Part shown: positions 19,525 to 28,807 of the stretch, piece by piece | How positions within the stretch are numbered: the first letter of the stretch is position 1 | Layout of the letters: every line of letters starts with the position of its first letter | Assembly: GCA_963734535.1 (NCBI GenBank) | Contig: CAVTHS010000007.1 | Span: forward strand, 32,001-96,000 | DNA: 64,000 nt | Origin: an uncultured Chloroflexia bacterium | GTDB lineage: Bacteria > Chloroflexota > Limnocylindria > Limnocylindrales > CSP1-4 | Direction of reading: 5' to 3' | Position numbers and translations under genes: made by a program | Notes under the pieces: model-generated | Database searches by the model: none | Seen by the model: the letters and a program-made list of their open reading frames with translations, nothing else | What the model was told of the DNA's origin: nothing

Positions 19525-22500
19525 ATGGGTCATTCGCGATTCGGCCGCCCGCGGAGGGCGCTCCGCAGGCTGGGATCCCTGCTCGCGGCCGGCATGCTGG
19601 TCGGCTCGCAGCTCCTGGTGCCGGTGGCCCAGGCCGCCCCGATCAATGTCGCTCCTGCAGCGGCCGCGGTCCCGGCCGCCCCGACCAGCACGATCACGCT
19701 CGCTGTCAAGAGCGCGCGCACCGAGCCCCGGGCGTTCGGCGGGGCCGGCGTGACGGTTGGCACGCCCGTCACCTCGTACAAGTGGATGATCAACGAGGAC
19801 AACACGGGCGACACGACCACGCGCAACGCGAACCCCGGGTCGGCCTGTTCCGCGTGGGTCGACGCGCCCGGCGGGACGCCCAACAGCGCCTACCCGGATT
19901 CCTGCCACTGGACCTCGATCTCCGGCCTGCGGAGCTCCGCCCCGGTCGCGGCCCAGGGCGATGAGACGACCCTCAGCGGCACGATCGGCATCTCCAACCT
20001 GGCGCCCGGCCGCTATCTCATCTCGGTCCTGGCCGATGGCTACAAGCTCGACGGGACCCCGTTCACCGTCCCGATGGAAGCGCCCGGCCTCGTCGAGGTG
20101 CCGCTTCAGCCCGTCCCCCTGCCGACCGCCACGATCAAGGCGCAGATCTTCGCCGACGTGACGTCGACCAACGGACAGTACGACCCGGGCGAGGACGGCC
20201 TGCCCGGGTTCGCCGGCTTCATCACCGACTACATCGGCCAGGTCACGACCGACGTCTTCGGCAACCCGCTGTGCACCAAGTACCAGTTCAACGACCTGAA
20301 CAGCAACGGGGTACAGGACCCGGGCGAGGAAATCACCCTCACCGGTGCCCCCGACTACTCCCCGATCGTCACCCACCTCGGCGGCAAGTGCCTGTCGGGT
20401 GACATCAACATGGACGGCGTCGTCAACGGGACGGACGTCGGGCTCTACAGCGATCCCCAGCTCGATCCCGGCGTGCTGACGATCCCGAACCTCGGGCCCA
20501 ACCGCTACGCACTCTCCGCCGTTCCCCCGACCGGCGCCAGCTGGATCCAGACGACCACGCTCGAGGGCAACCACGACTGGGACGCCTGGGTGATGGAGGG
20601 CTCGACCGGCCTCGACACGGAGTTCGTGGTCGCCGGCGAGCCGTTCCCGGCCGAGATCTTCGGCTACGTGCCGGGCCCCACGATGAACAGGTTCGCGCCC
20701 GGCGGGCAGGGCACCATCAAGGGCGTCGTCGACGCCATGAAGGTCTTCGTCCCGACCACGGGCGGCGCCTGCCTCCCCGGCACCATCTGGGGCGGCCTCT
20801 GCGGCGGGAAGGTCGACAAGCCGATCGACCAGCCGTGGATCGCCCTCAGCGACCTCAACAACGGCGACGCCGCGGTGTGGCTGGGTCGTGGCAACGCCGA
20901 CGGCACGTTCACCATCCCGAACGTCCCCAACGGCAGCTACACGATCACCTACTGGGACGACCCCCAGAACTACATCCTGGACCTGCTCAACGTCAGCATC
21001 GTCAACGGCGAGACCGTCGATATGGGCGTCCTGCCGCTGACGGGCTGGTTCACCAAGTACGACGGCTTTGTCTTCGACGACGCGAACCGCAACGGCGTCC
21101 GCGACGCCGGCGAGCATGGCGTCCCGAACTTCACCCTGACGCTGCGCAAGCGTGAGAACTCGCTGATGGACCGGGGCGCGACCCTGGTCACCACCAACGC
21201 CAACGGCTACTACGTCATGGAGAACGCCTACCCGCTCACGGAGTGGCTGGTCCTCGAGGCGTACGACGACCGCTACTACACGACCGGCGTCACCTACCAG
21301 GCCGACAATCAGCCGGCGCCGACCACGGTCCTTGGCGCGGGCGTCGACGTCAGCGTCCTGCCGATCATCGGCCTCTCCGGCACGCTCGACTGGGGCGTCC
21401 ACGCCTACGACGCGACCGGGACCAACGGCGTCGACCCGCAGAACGGCGGCATCGTCGGCTCCGTCAGCTACGACACCACCCGCAACGAGGTGAATCCGCA
21501 GTACGCGGCCGCGGAGGACTGGCAGCCGGGCGTCTCCGGCCTGACCGTGAACCTCTACGCGCCGGTTGACTGCCCGGTCGACCCGACGACGGGCACGACC
21601 ACCGTGCCGTGCGATGCCAACGGCGACTATGCGCTGGCGGCGGATGGTTCGTATGCCCAGGGCAAGCTCCTGAACACGTATGTCACCGAGACGTGGGACC
21701 GGCCGACCGACTGCATCGCCCGCGGCGTCGATGGCGCGCCCCTCCAGAACCCGGCGGACCAGCAGGTCCTCCCGGTGGGCTCAGGCAAGGGTTGCCTCGA
21801 GGGCCCGCTGATGGGCGTCCAGTTCGGGCCATATCCCACGGACCAGGGCACCCCGGACGCCAACTTCGGCGCCGCGGTCGACGGCAACTACGGCTTCGGC
21901 GACGGCTGCTTCGACGGCGTCCTCGATGCCACCGACCCGTCCGCCCCGACCTGCAAGGACGCGACCACGGGCACCGACGTCCCGTTCACCGCGCTCCCCG
22001 CGGCCGACTACCTCGTCCACGTCGATCTTCCGAGCGTGCACGACAACAACGGCACCCCCGTCTACAAGGTCACCCGGGAAGAGGACATCAACATCGCGAC
22101 CGGCGACAGCTATGTGCCGCAGGTCCCGCCGCCCGCCTGCGTCGGCGCGCTCCACCAGGTGGATGTCGCCGGGGCCGGCACCGACAACTACCCGGCCACG
22201 ACCATTGTCGATCCGTCCGGCCTCGGCGCCGCCACGGTCAGCGTTGCGGCTTCGACTCCCGACCGACAACCCGACCTTCGTCGACATCGGCGGCACGCCC
22301 TATGAGGGCCAGGCCAAGCCGCTGTGCGACACGAAGCTCGTGACGCTCCAGAACGGCAAGTCGGTCGTGCCGATGTTCAACGTCTTCACGGACGTGCCGC
22401 TCCCGAGCCGGTTCTTCGCCCTCAACAACGACGACCTCACCTTCTCCACCGATCCGAAGTCGCTGCTCTACGGCGAGAAGGCCGGCATCCCGTTCAGCCC

Positions 22501-25500
22501 GGTCGGCATCTACGACTTCGCCAACCGCCTGGTTACCACCTCCGAGACCGACTACAACGGCCTCTTCGACGTGCTCCTGCCGTCGACGGACCGGATCAGC
22601 TGCCCGACGCCGTCGGGCGTGTGCGGGAACATCTACCGCTTCGTCGGCAACGACCCGGGCGTCCCGGGCCGCCTGAACCTCAACTACAACCCGCAGTACC
22701 GCACGATCGCGGCCGAGTTCGAGGCCTGGCCGGGCATCATCATCCCGGCCGACACGGCGCCGACGCAGGTCGGCGTGAATGTCCAGGTCCCCGGCTCGCA
22801 GACGTTCACGGCGGTCTCCTGCCCGGTCAATGACCCGGCGTCCGCAGCCACGACACCCGAGCTGTACGCGGTTTCGAAGCCGTACGCCAGCGTGACCGAT
22901 GGCGTCGCCGCGCGATCGATCACGATCGACGGACAGGGCTTCGGCGCAAGCCCCGGCCAGGTCACCCTCGGCGGCGACTCCGCTGGCCACCACCTCGTGG
23001 AGCCCCACCCAGATCGCCCTGACAATTCCCGACCACCGCGACCGGCGGGCCGCAGCAGCTCAAGGTCACCGCGGCCAACGGCCGGAGCACCGTCAACGGG
23101 CTCACGTTCCACGTCATCAAGACCAGCGGACGCGGCGGGCCAGTACAACCCGGCCATCTTCGAGGTGGGCCCCGGCAAGACGTATGCGCCCGCCGAGACC
23201 CTCCCCGCGACGGCCGACCACGCCATCCAGCGTGCGCTTGATGCAGCGGCCCTCTTCATCGGCCAGTCCAACCCCAACGCCAACAGGGGCGCCCTGGTGG
23301 TGGTCTACCCGAACAACCCCAGCGCCAATCCGCGCCAGAACCCGCGCGGCGCGTACTACGAGAACCTGATCATTGCGGGCAAGGTCAAGCTGCAGGGCGT
23401 CGGCCCGGGCAGCCCCACCGGCTCCGTGCGCGGCGCGATCATCGACGGCGGCGCGTTCGCCGGCGACAGCCCGGTGGCGACCGACTGGTACACGAAGATC
23501 ACCACCCTGGCCTGGGCCGGGAACCAGACGATCTATGACGGCGCGGTGATCTCGCTCTTCCTGCCGAGCACCGGACGCAACGCCTTCCCGACGTCGTACA
23601 GCGCCACCACGGCGCCGTCGATCGACGGCTTCGACCTCCGCGGCGGCGATCAGCAGGGCTTCCCCGGCAACATCAACGCCATCGGCGGCGGACCAACGGG
23701 GCTGCCCGGCGGCCTCATCACCCAGGGCGGCGCGGTCTTCGCCAACGCCTACGCCCGCAACCTGCAGATCACCAACAACGTGGTCCAGAACAACGGCGGC
23801 GCCTACGGCACCATCCGCATCGGGACGCCGGACCTGCCGGCCCCCGACACCAACAATCACAACGAGGGCGTCCGGATCCTCAACAACCGGGTCATCGCCA
23901 ACGCCGGGACGAACCTGGCGGGCGGGATCGGCATCTTCGCCGGCGCCGACAACTACGAGGTCGCAGCCAACAATATCTGCGGCAACTTCTCGGCCGAGTA
24001 CGGCGGCGGCCTGTCCGTCTACGGCCTCCAGCGCAACACGGGCACGGCGGTCGTCGCCGGCCGCAACTCCATCCACGACAACCGGATCTACTACAACCAG
24101 TCGTACGACGAGGCGGGCGGAATCATGATCGCCGGCCAGCTGCCGGCCGATCCCTCGATCCTTTCGCCGGGATCCGGCCCAGTCGACATCTACGCCAACC
24201 TGATCCAGTCCAACATGGCCAACGACGACGGCGGCGGGATCCGGTTCCTGATGGCCGGCAACTTCCCGATGAACGTCTACAACAACATGATCGTGAACAA
24301 CGTGTCGACCCACGAAGGCGGCGGGATCGCCATCGACGACGCGCCGAACGTTCGGGTCTACGACAACACGTTCATGAAGAACGTCACGACCGCCACGGCC
24401 GTGACCAGCGACGGCCTGCCGGCTCCCGCCGGGCTGTCCACCGGGCAGAACAGCGCCCTGCTCCAGGCAACGCTGCCGGCCGGCTCCCCGACCTTCAGCA
24501 AGCCGCTCCTGTTCAACAACATCTTCTGGGACAACCGGGCGGGCACGCGTTCCGGCGCCACCGTGACCGGCATCGGGGCGGCTGGCGACGCCACGCCAAT
24601 CAACACCTGGGACATGGGTGTCCCCGGCACCAGCAGCCTGCTCTCGCCCACCTACTCGATCCTCCAGGCGACGACCGGGACCGACGTGACCGGGACGAAC
24701 CTCCCGGCCGGCACGTTCAACAAGGTCGGCGTCGATCCGATCGTCGTCTCCGCCGGGAATACGGCGCTGACGTTCGCCCCGTGGCGGACGAACCCCAACT
24801 TCGTCGGCGCGATCCTCGTCGCGGCCGACCTCCCGCCGAACCTGCAGGGTGACTACCACCTGGCGGCCGGCTCGCCGGCCATCAATGCCGGTGCAGCCTC
24901 CAAGGCCGTGCCCGCCCACCAGCAGCCGCCAGCGACGCTTGCTGCACCCTCGACCGACATCGACGGCCAGGCCCGCCCGTCCGGGGGTGGCTTCGACATC
25001 GGCGCCGACGAGCTCGCGGCGGTCGCCGCCGCCAATGCCAGCGTGGCACCGACGTCACTCGCGTTCGGCAGCGTCACCGTCGGCGCGACCAGCGCGGCCC
25101 AGGCCCTGACCCTGAGCAACACGGGCAGCGCGACGCTGTCCGGCATCACCGTGGCCGTCACGGCTCCCTACTCGCGGCCGGCCGGAGCTCCGGGGGGTAC
25201 CTGCGGTACGACCCTGGCCGCCGGAGGCACCTGCACCATCAACGTGGTGTTCAGCCCGACGACCGCGGTCTCGACCCCCGGGACTGCGACCATCACTGCC
25301 AGCGTGCCGGTCACCGGCTCACCGGTGGCGTTGACGGGTACCGGCGTGGCGGCCCCCTCGCTGCCATCGCTGGGCATCCTCGACAACTTCAACCGCGGGA
25401 ACGCCAACACGCTCGGAGGCAGCTGGTACCAGGGGACGCTTTTCGGTGCGGCCTCGATCCGGGTAAACGCCAACCAGGCGTTCGCCATCCTGCCCGGCCA

Positions 25501-25942
25501 GGCGAACCGAACCACCACGTATGGCGCCAAGCAGGGGGCGGCGTTCACGTTCGCCACCGCGCCCGCGACCGGGGCGAGCCTGTTCCTGAAGGTGGCCAAC
25601 GGGGCCGGGTCGAACGCCAACCCGGCCAGCTACATCCGGGTCCAGTACCAGACCACCGGCGGCGGCCAGGTCCTGGTCCAGACCACCACCAACGGCAACA
25701 ACCTTCTCCCCACGTTCACCACGATCGGAACGCTCTCGTCGGGAGCGTTCGCAACGGGCGACCGACTGACCGCAGTGGCCAACGCCGACGGGTCCGTCGA
25801 CGTCTGGAAGACGACCGCGGCGAACGTGACCACCTACGTCGGCCACACGTCGACGTCGACCTTCACGGGTACGGGCCGGATCGGCATCCAGCTCCCGATG
25901 AACGCCCGGATCGACGACTTCCGCGGAGCGACGGTGCCATGA
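19525..25942 (+). CDS. Giant secreted protein, copy 1 (~2,140 aa): SdrD-B/Cna-like Ig repeats, IPT/TIG, right-handed beta-helix, choice-of-anchor-Q-like motif, ASH-like Ig and C-terminal domain; stitched across indels
   Basis: Signal peptide ending PVAQA; DxNxNG Ca-loop motifs; NN/GGGI beta-helix repeats; DYHL..SPAINAG..DIDGQARP..DIGADE; PTSLAFGSV...LSNTG. One frameshift near 22257 and three compensating ones at about 22975-23135. An in-frame upstream ATG exists at 19453. Confidence 0.82.
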
Positions 25943-25995
25943 GTCGCTGGCGTCACCAAACCACCCGCCCAATCCTCGCCCAGGGAGAGAACGTG

Positions 25996-27357
25996 ATGAG
26001 CGACCACAGTAGGTTGCTGCTCAGCCGGCGTCAGCTGCTGAAGTACGGCGGCGTCACCGCCGTCGCCGCCGGGGTCGCGGGCATCGGCCCGCGGCTGGTG
26101 GAAACCATCCTCAAGCCGGGCCGCGCCCTCGCGGCGGACCAGGAGCCCAACCTCAAGCTCGTCGGGACGGACGGCTGGATCTCCATGCCGCCCGGCCCCG
26201 ACATCAACTCCGCGGCGTACGGCAAGGTCCACCCGGACAGCTACGCACCCCCGAACCGCACCGACTACATATTCGGGTTCGCGAACGGGACCGGCATCTC
26301 CAACGCGGACCTGTACCAGCTCAAGAACAAGGCGCAGCATTCGGCCCCGCTCTTCTGGGCGAAGCAGGGCGACGACTTCCGCGTCCAGCTCACCAACGTC
26401 GGCCTGGCACAGCGCCCGGACCTCTTCGACGCCCACACGCTGCACTGGCACGGCTTCAAGAACGTCATCCCGTTCTTCGACGGCGAGCCAACCGGCTCGG
26501 TGTCGGTCCCGCAAGGCCAGACGTTCACGTACGTCTACAAGTCCCATGACCCCGGCACGTACATGTTCCACTGCCACGTGGAAGACGTGGAGCACGTGCA
26601 CATGGGGATGACAGGCCTCGTCTTCGTGCGGCCGGCCCTGGACGGCAACACGTCCTTCTACGCCAGCGGCAAGTACGCCTACAACGACGGCTCGACCGGC
26701 TTCGACCGCGAGTACGCCATGTTCCTCAGCGAGGTCTGGGCGGACGCCCACTGGGCGGATGCCCACATCCAGCTCCCCGAATGGAGCGACTATCACGCGG
26801 ACTTCAGCCTTCTCAACGGGCGGGCCTATCCGGACACCCTGGAGCCGAACGGCGCGATCTTCTCCGACTTGGGGCTGCCCAACGCGACCTATCCCTTCGA
26901 AGTCGCGCGAGATGCCAGCTACGACCTGACGCCTCCGAGCGGGCCGCGCGGCGCGGACCTGGGCAACCAGCCGATGTCGTCCCTGGTGACCTGCGTGGCG
27001 GGCGAGCGAGTCCTCCTGCGCTTCGCCAACCTCGGCTTCAAGGAAGCCGCGATGACGCTCACCGGCATCAAGCTGCACGTGGTGGGGCGCGACGCGACCC
27101 TCCTCCGCGGCTTCGATTCCACCGATTCGAGCTACGCGACGAACACCGTCGCCCTGGGCGCCGGCGAGAGCTTCGACGCGATCTTCACGGCGCCGGCTCA
27201 TTCCGGCGGATCCGGCCCCGACACGTACGTGCTCTACAACCGGACATACATCCGGGCCGACAACCTCGCCGGCGGCGGCGGCCAGCGCACCGAGGTGCGC
27301 GTCTATCCGTCGGGCGCCCTCCAGCCCCAGAAATACCCCAACGACTGGGGCATCTGA
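25996..27357 (+). CDS. Two-domain multicopper-oxidase-like subunit A1 (Tat-exported; T1 site plus half of the trinuclear ligands)
   Basis: SRRQLLK Tat motif; HTLHWHG and FHCHVEDVEHVHMGM in domain 1; domain 2 motifs are degenerate (AAMTLTG, YVLYNR). Confidence 0.88.
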   Translation: MSDHSRLLLSRRQLLKYGGVTAVAAGVAGIGPRLVETILKPGRALAADQEPNLKLVGTDGWISMPPGPDINSAAYGKVHPDSYAPPNRTDYIFGFANGTGISNADLYQLKNKAQHSAPLFWAKQGDDFRVQLTNVGLAQRPDLFDAHTLHWHGFKNVIPFFDGEPTGSVSVPQGQTFTYVYKSHDPGTYMFHCHVEDVEHVHMGMTGLVFVRPALDGNTSFYASGKYAYNDGSTGFDREYAMFLSEVWADAHWADAHIQLPEWSDYHADFSLLNGRAYPDTLEPNGAIFSDLGLPNATYPFEVARDASYDLTPPSGPRGADLGNQPMSSLVTCVAGERVLLRFANLGFKEAAMTLTGIKLHVVGRDATLLRGFDSTDSSYATNTVALGAGESFDAIFTAPAHSGGSGPDTYVLYNRTYIRADNLAGGGGQRTEVRVYPSGALQPQKYPNDWGI

Positions 27358-27389
27358 TGAGACCAGCAGTGATGAGTGGAGTGACCACG

Positions 27390-28796
27390 ATGCTTCGAAT
27401 CAGGACCCCGCGCGCCCGCCTCTGGCCGGCGCTCGCGGTCTCGTCGGTGCTGGTCTCCAGCGTGTTGCTGTCGTCGGCCGCCGTGCGGCCGACCGCGGCG
27501 GCGACGCAGGACCCGACCAGGAGCGGCGTCGCCTGCACGACCGACACCGGCCCGAACCCGACGTTCAACCTGACAACCCGGGCCGGCTACATCAACCTGC
27601 CGGACGGGACCACTGCCTACATGTGGGGCTTCTCCGAGGGCAGCCGCCCGTTCCAGCACCCGGGGCCCGTGCTCTGCGTCAACGAGGGTGACACCGTCAC
27701 GATCATCCTGAACAACTCGTTCACGCCGACCTCGCCCAAGAGCGCACCGGCCGTCTCGATCGTGTTTCCCGGCCTGGTGGGCGTCACGGCCGACGGCGCG
27801 CCGTCTCAGCCCCAGTTCGACGGCACCGGGGCATTGACCTCCCTTGCGCAGGCGGCGCAGCCCGGTGGCGGCTCGGTCACGTATAGCTTCGTCGCCTCGA
27901 AGCCCGGCACGTTCCTGTACGAGAGCGGCGGCGGGCAGACGACCACCGGCACCCCGAGCTTCTTCTCCAGCCCGCAGGTCCAGGTCCGCATGGGGCTCTT
28001 CGGCGCCCTCGTCGTGCGACCCACCATGGGCGCCGGATACGCCTACGACCTTGCCGACACCCAGTTCAACCCGGCAACGGAGTTCCTGGCCCTGCTCTCC
28101 GAGGTCGACCCGTACCTGAACGCGGCGGTCCTGAAGGGCACCAGGGCCTTCAACATGAACAACTACCACCCGCGCTACTGGCTGATCAACGGCCGCGGGT
28201 TCCCCGACAGCATCGCCGACAACTTCGCGACCTGGCTGCCCAGCCAGCCCTACGGCTCGCTGGCCACGATCCATCCCAACGACAAGTACCTGGCGGACGG
28301 GGTCACCCTCAACCCGAGCCCGATCAACCCCCTGCCCAGCATCACCCGTTACCTGTCCGTGGGCACCGAGGACTACCCGTTCCATCCCCACGGCAACAAC
28401 GGGAAGGTGATCGGACGCGATGGCGCTCCGCTCGCGGGGCCCGCGGGACAGGACATGTCGTTCGACAAGTTCTCCGTGAACATCGGTCCCGGCCAGACCT
28501 GGGACGTGCTCTTCAGCTGGAGGGACAACGAGAACTACTCGCCGTCCAACCCGGTCCCGGCCAGCGAGCCGAACCTCCAGAACCTCACCGTTGGCATGTT
28601 CTACGGCGGCGGCCCCTACCTCGGCGTCCAGGAGCCGATGCCGCCCGGCATCTCCACGCTCAACGAGTGCGGCGAGTTCTACATCATCGCCCACAACCAC
28701 GCGCTCTACCAGATCACGTCATGGGGCGTGAACATGACCGGGCCGATCACCTACACGCGGGTCGATCCGCCCCTGCCGAACAGCTGCCCGTCGTGA
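27390..28796 (+). CDS. Two-domain multicopper-oxidase-like subunit B1 (HxH pairs only in domain 2)
   Basis: PGPVLCVNEGD, PGTFLYES and QVRMGLFG in domain 1 (no ligands); YPFHPHG and AHNH in domain 2. Alternative start at 27357. Confidence 0.85.
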   Translation: MLRIRTPRARLWPALAVSSVLVSSVLLSSAAVRPTAAATQDPTRSGVACTTDTGPNPTFNLTTRAGYINLPDGTTAYMWGFSEGSRPFQHPGPVLCVNEGDTVTIILNNSFTPTSPKSAPAVSIVFPGLVGVTADGAPSQPQFDGTGALTSLAQAAQPGGGSVTYSFVASKPGTFLYESGGGQTTTGTPSFFSSPQVQVRMGLFGALVVRPTMGAGYAYDLADTQFNPATEFLALLSEVDPYLNAAVLKGTRAFNMNNYHPRYWLINGRGFPDSIADNFATWLPSQPYGSLATIHPNDKYLADGVTLNPSPINPLPSITRYLSVGTEDYPFHPHGNNGKVIGRDGAPLAGPAGQDMSFDKFSVNIGPGQTWDVLFSWRDNENYSPSNPVPASEPNLQNLTVGMFYGGGPYLGVQEPMPPGISTLNECGEFYIIAHNHALYQITSWGVNMTGPITYTRVDPPLPNSCPS

Positions 28797-28807
28797 GAGG
28801 TAGGGGA

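Noticed and set aside
20398-20440. Dockerin domain suggesting a cellulosome-like assembly
   Set aside because: Only one GDINMDGVVNGTD loop is present, it is absent from copy 2, and no cohesin was recognised. It is treated as an isolated Ca-binding loop.
22250-22305. Programmed frameshift or two separate genes in giant protein 1
   Set aside because: No slippery sequence is evident, copy 2 is colinear across this point, and similar single-base indels occur throughout, including in korA.
25996-27357. Calling subunit A nirK or a stand-alone laccase
   Set aside because: Domain 1 has the MCO-type HxxHxH and HCH sets, but domain 2 lacks the His ligands needed for either a NirK type-2 site or a self-contained trinuclear cluster.
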